From the NCBI RefSeq assembly GCF_009914755.1, contig NC_060927.1: a stretch of DNA of 64,000 nt. One strand, given 5' to 3'. Shown here piece by piece: positions 1 to 11,765 of this stretch. The notes under the pieces are model-generated. The model saw nothing but the letters and a program-made list of their open reading frames with translations, searched no databases and had not been told where the DNA came from. The stretch is from the human T2T-CHM13v2.0 reference genome, Homo sapiens. The translations under genes and the position numbers were made by a program. How positions within the stretch are numbered: the first letter of the stretch is position 1; every line of letters starts with the position of its first letter.

Positions 1-872
1 CAAAAGAACAGAAGGTCAAAGGACCCCTCTGTAAATTGTTAGTGGATATTAGAAATCTTTGTGGTTTCTTCTGATTTCAGCCATTGGAGTCAAAGTTTCC
101 AATTCAGTATTACGATTAACACCAGGTGGACATTTATAGACCTATTGACCATCTAGATAAAACAGGTATGGTTTATATGGAGCAACTGGACCCCATTGTC
201 TTTTAACAATCACATGATGCATTATATAGAAGACATGCCTTTGGGGTGTGCTTGAATACCATCACTGAACTCCAGAAGAATGGATTGAAACCGAGTTTTT
301 TCATTTTTGAGTTGTACTACTCAAGCCAATGTAGAAAATAGTGAGCCAGCCTCATAAGTAATATATTTGTGATGCCCGCAATCCATGGAAGCCTCGGATG
401 CCACCTGCACATATGCTTGCTCTCTAGGGTCCCAGCCTACCCCTTGCAAAGACACTGCTACTGGTCTTTGGGGACACTAAGCTCCTAACACTATTAGAAT
501 TATCTTCTTTTTCTGTCTGGGAATTGTAGTCCTTCTCTACTTCCAAATCGCCTTGGGGTCAGTAGAAACAAGGCTAAGTCAGTATTTTGTGATTAGAAAA
601 GTAATGGGTGACAGTCCTGTGGATGCAACAATAAAGTATTCGCCAGAGCCTATGTTTGCACTCTTTGATGACTTGTGTACAGTGTGTTCTGATTTCAGAA
701 TCGTTTGGCAAATTTTACACTAAACCAGAAAGGGGAGTAGCATTTTTTTTAGGTGTAACATTGAAGTAAGTATGAGTTGAAACTTTAGAAACAAGAAATT
801 AAATTTCTAAATTAGTTATATCAGATATAATAAATTTCTGGTATATTCAGTTCCTACCGATGTCTATACAGG

Positions 873-1110
873 TTTCTTTCTTTTCTTTTTTTCTTTCTTT
901 GTCTCTCTCTTTTTTATTCTCTTTCTTCCTTTCTTTTTTGTCTCTTTCTTTCTTTCCTTTTCTTTTCTTTGCTTTGCTTTTTTCTTTCATTCTGCTATGT
1001 TGCCCAGGCTGGTCTCAAACTCCTGGGCTCAAGCAATCCTCCTGCCTCGGATTGCTGGGATTACAATCCCAAAGTGCTGGGATTACAGGTGTGAGCCGGT
1101 GCGCCTGGCC
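873..1110 (-). mobile_element. Alu monomer (FLAM-like) with a T/C-rich expanded tail
   Basis: Alu left-arm sequence at 996-1110; (TTTC)-type tract at 873-995. Confidence 0.85.
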
Positions 1111-1140
1111 TATGCAGGTACCTTTTATTTGGTTACTAAT

Positions 1141-1208
1141 TGTATTAGTCAGAGTTCTCTAGAGGGACAACAGAACTAATAGGAGATATATATATATATA
1201 TATTTATT

Positions 1209-1245
<37 letters not shown>

Positions 1246-1612
1246 GAGTTTATTAACTCACATGATCGCAAGGTCCCACAATAGGTTGTCTACAAGCTGA
1301 GAAGCAAGGAGAGCCAGTCCAAGTCCCAAAACTGAAGAACGTGGAGTCCAATATTTGAGGATAGGAAGCATCCAGCACTGGAGAAAGATGTAAGCTGGGA
1401 GGCTAGGCCTGTCTAGTCTTTTCACGTTTTATCTGCCTGCTTTATATTCTAACTGCGCTGGCAGCTGATTAGATGGTGCCCACCCAGAGTAAGGGTGGGT
1501 CTGCCTTCCCCAGCCCACTGACTCAAATGTTAACACCCTCACAGACACACCCAGGATCAATACTTTGCATCCTTCAATCCAATCAGGTTGATACTCAATA
1601 TTAACCATCACA
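1141..1612 (-). mobile_element. ERVL solo LTR, MLT2A-like, with internal (TA)n/(CA)n
   Basis: TG...CA ends (tgtattagtc...ttaaccatcaca) with a perfect 5-bp TSD CTAAT at 1136-1140 and 1613-1617. Confidence 0.9.
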
Positions 1613-1773
1613 CTAATGAAAGGCTACCTAAGTAGAAGAAGGACAATGTTTGACACAGACAATGGACTGGTTAGGATATGTTCAGTGCACAAGCTCTCCT
1701 AGGCTTTATTCTGATTTTTGTCTTCAGTTGAAGCAGGTAGCACTTATGTGTGTTGCATGGAAACATGCTAAAA

Positions 1774-2327
1774 CAGTCGCCGTCTATCTGAGGTTTCACT
1801 TTCCACAGTTTCAGTTACCCACAGTCAACTGAGGTCTGAAAATATTAAATGAAAAATTTCAGAAATAAACAGTTCATAAGTTATAAATTGCACACTGTTC
1901 TGAGTAGTGTGATGAAATGTCACACCATCCTACTCCGTCCTGCCCAGGATGTGAATCTGAATCATTCCTTTGTCCAGCATCTCCATGCTGTATATGCTAC
2001 CTGCCCATTAGTCACTTAGTAGCTGCCTCAGTTATCGGATCAATTGTCCTGGCATTGCAGTGCTTGCGTTCAAGTTACCCGTATTTTACTAAATGATGGC
2101 TCCCAAAGCGCAAGAGTAGTGATGCTGGCATATTGTTATTGTTGTCCAATTTCATTATTAGTTGTTGTTGTTAATCTCTTAAGGCCTAATTTATAAATTA
2201 AACTTTATCATAGGTACACATGTATAGAAAAAAACATATATAGGGTTTGATACCATCTGTAGTTTCAGGCATCCACTGGGGATCTTGGACTGCATCCCTT
2301 CCCTCATGGATAAGGGGGAGATTACTG
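1774..2327. mobile_element. Tigger-derived non-autonomous DNA transposon (MER44-like)
   Basis: Degenerate TIRs (cagtc... / ...ggataagggggagattactg) followed by TA; interior resembles the MER44 consensus as recalled. Confidence 0.75.
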
Positions 2328-2879
2328 TACTGTGATTAAAATACCTGAAATCATGGAGTTGTTGCCCCAAGGCTTAGGCTAATAACATCAACGTGCTTAT
2401 TCTAACCCCCAAGATGGTATCTGAGACCATAATCTCAACAGTTGTTCAATTACCTCCTCATAGAGTCCTTCAGAGGCTCCCATTCTGAGGGATACCCCTG
2501 TAGATAGATAGAAGGAGGCAGGTGTCATCTTCAGGGAATAACCTGTGCTGCTTAAACTTCCAAATGGTGAGGGAGGGGGAAAATTGCCTGATAGCCAAAG
2601 GATGAGGCTACCTTATTCTAGGAAGAGATTGCAGGCATTGGTCTTAGGAGTGGTTAAAGAGCTATCATTACTTACTGGAGATAGGGAGAATCTATTACCA
2701 GGTGGCAACTGGTAGTATTAGGTTTTTCTTTTGCTTTCATGAGACACAGAACTTTGAAGCTAAAACTTTTGACGCTTAACATATCGAGACTAGCCTGTAG
2801 AAGAACACACAGATAGAATGAATGAATACACAGAAAAAAGTCAGTCATGGAATTAGGGGAGGTTTTTATGGTTTTATTA

Positions 2880-3110
2880 ATTTTTATTTAACAAATGCTT
2901 CTCTGGGTCTAGACATTGTTCTAAACACTTTTCAAATATTAACTTCTTAATCCTAGGAGCAACCTTATGAGATAGGTTCTAATATTCCCTACTGATGAGG
3001 AAACCAAGATACAGAGATACAGAAACCAAGGTAACCTGCCCAGAGTCATAACAGTGCCCAGTGGTGGAGCCAGACAGTTCCACCTGGAGATTTATGCTTT
3101 AGAGTAAAAG
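2880..3110 (-). mobile_element. MIR SINE
   Basis: MIR core-like gatgaggaaac...aggtaacctgccca; boundaries approximate. Confidence 0.65.
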
Positions 3111-3251
3111 CAGTGCTGTTCAGTGTGTGACCACAGACAGCCAAGGTCTTTGAACTAAGTCCAATCCACAGTGAGATGAGCCCAGAAAATGAGTGTTTTG
3201 ACAGTTCCACAACATCCAAGAGTGTGATGTATTTCATAAAAGTATTGGTCT

Positions 3252-3389
3252 GGCCAGGTATGATGGCTCATGCCTGTAATCCTAGCGCTTTGAAGGCTGA
3301 GGCAGGAGGATCCCTTGAGCTCAGGAGTTCGAAACCAGCCCGGACAACATCATGAGACCCCATCTCTATCTTCTTCCAAAAAAAAAAAA
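3252..3389 (+). mobile_element. Alu monomer (FLAM-like)
   Basis: Left arm plus poly(A); TSD aaaagtaYtggtc. Confidence 0.9.
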
Positions 3390-3597
3390 GTACTGGTCCA
3401 AAATAGATTGGAAACAAGTAAAACTGATTCTTTACCACAGACAGTTTGGGAAGCACTGCCTAGAAGAATTCTCACACTCATGCAAATGGATTTGTACAAT
3501 TATATATCTATTTATCTCTATATCCCCATATGCCCAAATGTTCATTAGGAAAATATATTACAAAATTATGATGTAGCCTATGAAAGAATATTATTCA

Positions 3598-3906
<309 letters not shown>

Positions 3907-5937
3907 TTAACATGAATGAACTAGATCTACATGTATGAACATGAATAAATCTCAAATAATTTTGAATAAATGAAGTTGCAAAGTAATACCTACATTATGA
4001 TAATTATATAAACTATAAAACACAAAATAATACTATATTCACATAAAAGTAAATGTTTAACAACATGGATAAGAAAGATGCACACTAGCTTCAGAAGAGA
4101 ATTTAACTTTGATGAGGGCAATTAGAGAGTAGGATTGCAACTGGGCAACATAAAAGGCTTCAACTATATCTGTAATCTTTTATTTTTAAAAAACTTGGAG
4201 TAAATATGGAAAAATGTTTACACTATATCTAGGTGATGAGTACATAGATGTCAATTTTTTTCTATATTTTTCTGTATTTTAAAACTATTTCATGATAAAA
4301 TTCGCTTCAGAAAATTTTTTTTAATTATAGAAAGCCAACTGTACATACCAGAACATTAGGGGCTCTTTATTATTTGCAGTGTCCAGGGATCCATTTGTCT
4401 TCCCATTTACTTAATGCCAGTCATTGGTCTTTGGGCAGTTTCTAAAGCTTCTTTGCTAAAGAGGAAGCATTGGTTCAGAGCCCTAGAATAGGCCTAGGGA
4501 TGCCTAGATGCTGGTACTAGTTTTGTTACTGATTTGTGACAAGTGGTTTTCCACATATAAACTTTTAAGCAACTTGATGCTCCCTTCTATAATAATGGTA
4601 AAGATGAAAGGAACACATGGAATGAACTTGGATGTAGAGATAAGATTAAATACATGTGTGGTGGAGTCAGATCTGGGTTTAAGTCTTGCCTTTGCCAGTC
4701 ACTATGAGCCTCAGTTTCCTAAAACAGTCTCATTTTCTGTTTCCTAAGGTGGGAATCCTAATAAATAACACCTGCCTGGACTTGGGATGATTTGACGAGA
4801 GAACGATATTATTGTTGTAGTTATTCCAAATCTGTCACTTAGCTGTTTTATCTAGAAAGATAGTAAAATAAGTTCTCTAGCAGCTAATGGCAGCCATTTT
4901 CCAAAAAAGATGGGATGAGCATAACATGCCAATCCCTCTGAAGAAGCGATTAACTAAGTAGATGTTTCTAATCTAAATGATGCCACATTCCTTTATAACC
5001 AGACATTTAAAGTGTCTTGGAAATGGTCTTATCCCAAGTCAGGACACCCACTAGGTGATGAATTACATTGCTTCCAGCTCTGAGATTCCCATAACTTGGG
5101 CCATGGTTGCATGGCTCCAGTTGCTTGCATGGAACAAACTTGAAACAACAAAATAGAGATTACTTTTGGTTTTTAATTTGTACTTTATACTCTTGCCATT
5201 AATTTTCACAGAAAGCAAAGAAGCAGAAGTAAATGACAACAGGGGAAGAGGAATGGTCATTCAAAATGTGCATTTGTGAATCTCAAAACCAGGCCATGAT
5301 GTACCATGGAACAGAAATCTTAGGCAGTCATCTGTCTCGCCTGGTAACGCAAGGCACAGTTAATGTGGCCGGACTTCTAGTTCTGCTGACACGACATGTG
5401 CTGATAATAAGTCTTGAAGGCTTGGATTCAGTAGAGCCACATGGCATCACAGGGGTCTAGTGAATGAAAAGCTTCTGCAAACTTATCAGCAGAAAGATAG
5501 CAGAGAGGCCCTGCTTCTATTACCAGTGTTCTGAAGATGTTTATCACCCAGCCTTCTGAGAACAGTAGTTTGACCCATACCAAACACTTCAGAAACAATG
5601 TCAACACACCCAAGACCACAGCCAGCAAGGAATTTTCTGAGATAAGATTACAGCTTTTTCCTTAAAGAGATGCCAACCAAGTTAGTCGAGCTCCTAATAT
5701 TCCCTGAGTATAGCAACGCTGTGAGTTATCCTTCATACCAGAGAATTTTAGAAGCTCAATTTTTATGCTTCCAAATACAAATATTCTGCTGCTGTTTTCC
5801 AAGTTATGCACAAAACTCAAGCAATATCCAAGAAAGTTCCAGCAGGGTCAAGGCTCAGAAAGCCTGAGATTTGTGCCCATGAGACCAGCCAGTTGTAGCC
5901 ACCGGAGACAGCTGTCTATTGGCAAAAGCATCCATTC

Positions 5938-6415
5938 ACCTTTCCTTCCATCCTCCCTCCCTCCCTCCCTCCCTTCCTTCCTTCCCTCCCTCCCTCCTTC
6001 ATTCCCTCCCTCCCCCCCTCCTTCCTTCCCTCCCTCCCTCCTTCCTTCCCTCCCTCCCTTCTTCTTTCCTTCCCTCCTTCCCTCCTTCCTTCCTTCCCTC
6101 CCTCCCTCCTTCATTCCCTCCCTCCCCCCTCCTTCCTTCCCTCCCTCCCTCCTTCCTTCCCTCCCTCCCTTCTTCTTTCCTTCCCTCCTTCCCTCCTTCC
6201 TTCCTTCCTTCCCTCCCTCCCTCCTTCACTCCCTCCTTCCTTCCCTCCCTCCCTTCCTCCTCCTTTCCCCTCCTTCCCTTCCTTCCCTTCCTTCCCTTCC
6301 CTCCCTTCCCTTCCTTCCCTTCCTTCCCTTCCTTTCCTTCCTTCCTTCCTTTCTTTCCTTTTCTTTCTTTTCTTTTCTTTTCATTTCTTTTCTTCTCATT
6401 TCTTTTCTTCTTTCT
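5938..6415. repeat. ~480-bp polypyrimidine (CCCT/CCTT/TTTC) tract with a 111-bp internal duplication
   Basis: Almost purely C/T; abuts the tail end of an antisense Alu. Confidence 0.95.
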
Positions 6416-6701
6416 CTTGCTCTGTTGACCAGGCTAAAGTGCAGTGGTGTGATCTCAGCTTACTGCAACCTCTGCCTCCTAGGCTCAAACTGTTCTCATG
6501 CCTCAGCCTCCCAAGTAGCTAGGATTTTAGTCATGTGCCACCACACCTGGCTAATTTTTTTTTTTTTTTTTTTTTTTTTTTTGTAGAGACGGAGTCTTGC
6601 CATGATGGCCAGGCTGGTCCTAAACTCCTGGCCTCAAGTGATCTGGCCACTTCTGCCTCCCAAAATGCTGGGATTACATGCATGAGCCACCATGCCCAGC
6701 C
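6413..6701 (-). mobile_element. Alu (old, J/S)
   Basis: Antisense dimer with an expanded T-run linker. Confidence 0.9.
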
Positions 6702-8008
6702 ATATCCTTTCACCCTATTTCAGGATTTTATTTCTTCTCTATTGGCTGCATGTAGGCCAGAGGGCCTCCCAGGTAGATTAGACCTCTAGTCTAGGTCTAG
6801 GGCAAAGTCATTATAGGAAAAGGTGACTCAGTCTTCGAGTAGGTATGAAAAGCCACTGTAATAATTTGTTTAAATACCTAGTCCTGTGTTTGATTTAAAT
6901 ATCAGTATGCAAACCGGCACTGTCAGGGGGCCTATGTGCGGGTGAGGTAGAGCTGGTCAGGTATTCTCCCAAGATCATGGTGATGATGAGAAGCATCAGC
7001 ATACACAGAGACAACTCACCTTTGATTTGTTCAGATGCTAATGGTATCACTTCTTGCTTTGAAGTGTCTCACGTTCATTTCTTTATATTCCCTGTGCACA
7101 GCCCTAGTGTGGTTTTCTGGGCTCTAATTCCTCCTTCGCAGGGCTGTGCTGTATATAGTTGCCAAGATTCGTTAAAAACAAAGCAGTAACAACAACAACA
7201 AAAAAAACTCTTTTTATCATGTCATTTCCCAGTAGTCTCATAATAAAGTTTATACTCCTCTGGTTTATTATTGAATGTCCTCACAAATTTTTCTATCCAG
7301 GTTCTCTTTCTCCACTAATCTTTATTTCATCCAAAGGATCTATTACTGGCTGTTAACTTATTTTTCATTTTTCCTGCCTCTGTGCTTTTGTTCCTGCTGT
7401 TTCTCCCTTTTGGAATTCCTTCACCCTTCTATTCAGATACAGCTCTTCCATTAAATCTTTTCAGATCAATCCCGCCTACACTGATCTCACCCTCCTCTGA
7501 ACTCTGCTTACTTGTCAGCTAAAGTCCATACCAGCCCTCTGGCAATTAATCACATACAGCCTTGTGAATTTATCTTTATTTTGCATGCTTAATCTTGCTT
7601 TTTCATTTTTTCTCTCTCTCTCTCTGTCTCTCTCTCTCTCTGCTTCTCTCTATTGTGTATGGATATCTATGTATAGCTAGGTAAGAGGTCTGCGAAAATA
7701 AAAATCTGTCTTATATATCTTTATAATACATGACCTAATCAGTGCTCCATGACATAATTATTACTTAGGAATTTTCACTGAGGATCTTGATTTGCATGCT
7801 GATGCTCCTGTGCAACTTTCGAATGCCCAGCTTTCTCAATACTGGTAGAAACAAGCACTGAGAACTAGGAAGACATCTGAAGTGGACTTAAAGGGCTTTC
7901 TTTTGAATAACTCAAAACTATTCTCTAAAGCCAAGGTAGGTAGATGCTAATGCTGATCTCCTCCGAGTTTAATGAGTATTCAGAAATCAAGGATTTAGGG
8001 AAAATTAA

Positions 8009-8377
<369 letters not shown>

Positions 8378-8379
8378 TA

Positions 8380-8590
8380 GTGTAGTTTAGTGCTCAAGTC
8401 TGGCTGTCTGCAGTTCAGATTTCACCTTGCCCCTATGAGCTGTATGTCCTTAAGCAAGTTAACTCTTTAAGTCTGCAGTTTCTTCTTCTGTAAAATGAGG
8501 ATAATGACAGAACCTACCTCATAGAGTTATACGGAGAATGAAATGATAGTCCACATAAAATGTTTAGGCTATTGCAAGCATATACGATTG
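8380..8590 (+). mobile_element. MIR SINE
   Basis: cagtttcttcttctgtaaaatgaggataatgacagaacctacctcatagagtt matches the MIR core. Confidence 0.8.
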
Positions 8591-8729
8591 AAAATAGTCA
8601 ATATATGGCATACAGCTTACAAACAATATGCTGAGATTTAAAAAACAAAACAAAACAAAACAAACTCTTGTTCTCCAATCACTGTGCCTTTAAAACAGTA
8701 CAAGAATTCTCTATACTCTGTCTTGTTTC

Positions 8730-10050
8730 TCACACCCATGCTCTTGCATCCTCTCTAATTAGGCCATGGCCCCCTCCATTCCACTACAGCTGCTTTTTTC
8801 AAAGTCACCAATGATCTCCATGTTGCTCAGTTTTAAGACTTAATTCTTAGGTCAACTCTCCTGACCTATCAGGCAGCATTTGACACGCCGATTTCTCCCT
8901 TTGTAAGACATTTTCCACGTGCAGCCTCCAGAACACCCCACCCTCCTGGTTTTACTCCTACCTCACTGGCTACTTTCTTGTCCTCTCGTCTTCCTGCTTC
9001 TGGCTTAGTCTTTGGACTTTGTCTTTATCCATACCCATGCCTCTCGCTGATCTCACCCAGCTTCATGGCTTCCAACCCCATCTCTCCTCTGACAACTCTG
9101 CAATTATCTCCAGCTCACCAGCACTTTCTCCCCTGAGCTCCAGACTTGAAGGCAAGCTGCTATTCAATTTCTCCACTCAGGTATCTAATGGGCATCTCAA
9201 AGATGTCTAAACCTAAACTCCTATATTTCCTCCCTGAGTCCTGTTCCTCCTATATTCTTCCACATCTCAGGAACCCCATCCTAACCTCAGACCCAAAACC
9301 TGAGATACCCTTGACTCTTTTTTCATATCCCATACACACATAGTCTGTCAGCAATTCATATTGGCCCTTCCAGCAAAACATCTCCAGAATCTGATCACTT
9401 CTAACAACCACTAGGACCACCCTACTTCTAAACCACCAACATCCCTCACCTGGAATAGTGCAGTGGCCTCCCAACCAGTTTCCCTATTTCCACTTGCCCT
9501 CAATATAGAAACCAGAATGACCTTTAAAAATATAAGCCAGATTGAATCACTCTGGCTCAGAATCTTCCAGTGGGTTTTCACTCCAGGTAAAAGCCAGAGG
9601 CATAGCACTGGCTTACCACATGCTTGTTGACCCAGCTCCCAGTAGCTTTTCTGACTTCCTTTCTTACTGATCCCCCCGGCTTACTCCACCAAGGCCACCC
9701 CAGGCCTTGCCTTGGGACCTTTGTGTTTGCTCTTCCGCCCAGAAGGCCCTTCGCCAGATGGCGTCACCACCACTAGGCCTTGGCTCACATGTCATGTCAT
9801 GAGACTGGCCCTGATCACCTCTTCAATCTGCACCCCCTTTTCCAACCCCAGCACTCCCTAATCCCTTCCCGTACTTTGTGTTTTGATGTAGCACTTCTCA
9901 CCACCTGTCATACTTTTCATTTTGCTTATTTTATTTTTATAGTCTATTATATGTGTTTCCCACCAGAATGTAAACTCCGCGAAGGCAGGAGTTTCTGTCT
10001 TCTGCCCACTCCTGTATCCATAGTACCGGGAATGGTGCTTCATACTTTAA
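8730..10050 (+). mobile_element. L2 LINE 3' region (degraded)
   Basis: RT remnant ctgacctatcaggcagcatttgacac (DLSAAFDT-like) and an L2-type 3' end; boundaries approximate. Confidence 0.75.
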
Positions 10051-10231
10051 AAATTGAGTGAGCGTTTGCCTTTCTTACTGTTGTTGAGAGGGTTCTCTGG
10101 ACTGGGGTCTACAGCTGGCCTGGACATTCTGCCTTGTGTCCTAGCTTCCTGAGGATGGAGCTGTCTCAGTCCCAGGTTTGCGGCCTGCCTTCACCACCTC
10201 TGACATGGCTGTGTCTGTCCGTTTTCCTCAG

Positions 10232-10515
10232 ATGCATACTCTCATTCCTCAAGCGAGAATGGAGGCAAGTCCGAGTCCGTGGCCAACCTGCAGGCCCAGC
10301 CCTCCCTGAACTCCATCCACAGTTCCCCGGGTCCCAAGCGCTCCACCAACACTCTTAAGAAGTGGCTGACGAGTCCTGTGCGTCGGCTTAACAGCGGGAA
10401 GGCAGATGGAAACATCAAAAAGCAGAAGAAAGTTCGCGATGGTCGGAAGAGCTTTGACCTGGGATCTCCCAAGCCTGGGGATGAAACAACCCCTCAGGGA
10501 GACAGCGCTGATGAG
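10232..10515 (+). CDS. KALRN: KALRN coding exon A (linker after SH3-1): (D)[20 protein letters not shown]...GDSADE
   Basis: Acceptor ttttcctcag, donor GAG|gtactt; 284 nt, phase 1 to 0. The peptide ([11 protein letters not shown] motif) matches kalirin/Trio as I recall it. Confidence 0.95.
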
Positions 10516-11660
10516 GTACTTACAGGGGGCCCTGGAGTTGTCCATCAGGAGGGCCTTCTGACATGTCTCCTTCCTCAGGTTTTGTCAACTAGGCCATCTC
10601 AAATCTCCATTAGTGTGTTACCTTGAGCCTAAGTGATTTGGATTCTTTTTATTCTTAAGACATTGGCCAGTTTGATTTGTGGCTGATTCAGAAGCTGACT
10701 AGCCCCTAAGACTTCCAGCAGACAGAAACCATTTGCCAGATTTGGAGATAGGACCTGGGCCTGAGGGGAGTCATTTGGTCATTAGTTCCCTACCTCTACT
10801 AAGGACTACATTAAAACCAGCTAGACCTGTTTAGATTTAGAATAAAAGAATGAAGATTGTTTCATTTTGAAAACAGGACTGTGCTGGGAGATTGTAGCTG
10901 TTTTCAAGTCTCTTGAGCAGTGCCACACATCAAAAGGAATAGATCATCCAGAGTTACTCCAGATAACTATGATGAACAGATGAAGATTACAATAGGCAGG
11001 GTTTCCGCTCAAAGAAAAAGTTTAATCTAGGAGTCAGTCAGTGATTAAATGGGCCTTCATGAAAACTAATGAACGCCCATACTGGAAGGTTTGAGAGACT
11101 GTAGCCAAAGTTAGGCTGGATGAAGCTGAGATTCTGTAACCAAAAGACAGTGGATATGTTTTGGTTGGGGAAATGAGATACCTGTTTTATTTGGCACACA
11201 ATCCTGCTCTAATCACTGATGTGGCTAAGAAATTCTTTGTGATGTGTAACTGGACCCCCTCTTGTTGTGATTTTATGCTACCTGCCATTTCTCCCTCTGG
11301 AAATGGCAGCTAAGCCTGGCGGCATTTGGGCTATGGTTTCATAGCCCTACAAAAATGTAAAAGTTAGGCTCTCTCTGACTACTTCCAGCTTTTTCTTTTC
11401 TTGCTAATCGATAAGATAGATAGTTTCTGGTTTTGCTTCTTTTTGGGGGTGTGTGTGTGTGTGTGTGTGTTCCCCACTGGTGCTCACTCTCATTTGAAAT
11501 AAGCAGGTGTATCCATGTATCAAAAGAGGAAATTGCGACTGAACAGTTAAGAGTGAGTTGAGAGAGGAACTCTCCTCCTATGTATTATTTTTGTTAATGT
11601 CAAGTCCAGAACCACTGGCATGTTTGTGACACAGTAACTAATGCTGCTCTTTTGTTCTAG

Positions 11661-11765
11661 AAGAGCAAGAAAGGTTGGGGTGAAGATGAGCCGGATGAAG
11701 AGTCACACACACCCCTCCCACCACCTATGAAGATTTTTGACAACGACCCTACACAGGATGAAATG
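11661..11765 (+). CDS. KALRN: KALRN coding exon B: KSKKGWGEDEPDEESHTPLPPPMKIFDNDPTQDEM
   Basis: Acceptor tttgttctag, donor ATG|gtagaa; 105 nt, phase 0-0. Not in the ORF track; translated by hand. Confidence 0.93.

Noticed and set aside
5670-5867. CCCFP peptide resembling the Cys-rich Duet/TRAD N-terminus
   Set aside because: Only five residues match my recollection, with no suitable donor or promoter. The real first exon is presumably upstream of the window.
5765-6586. 273-aa Pro/Ser/Leu/Phe ORF and overlapping ORFs on both strands
   Set aside because: A C/T tract cannot contain stop codons; these are translations of a simple repeat plus an Alu.
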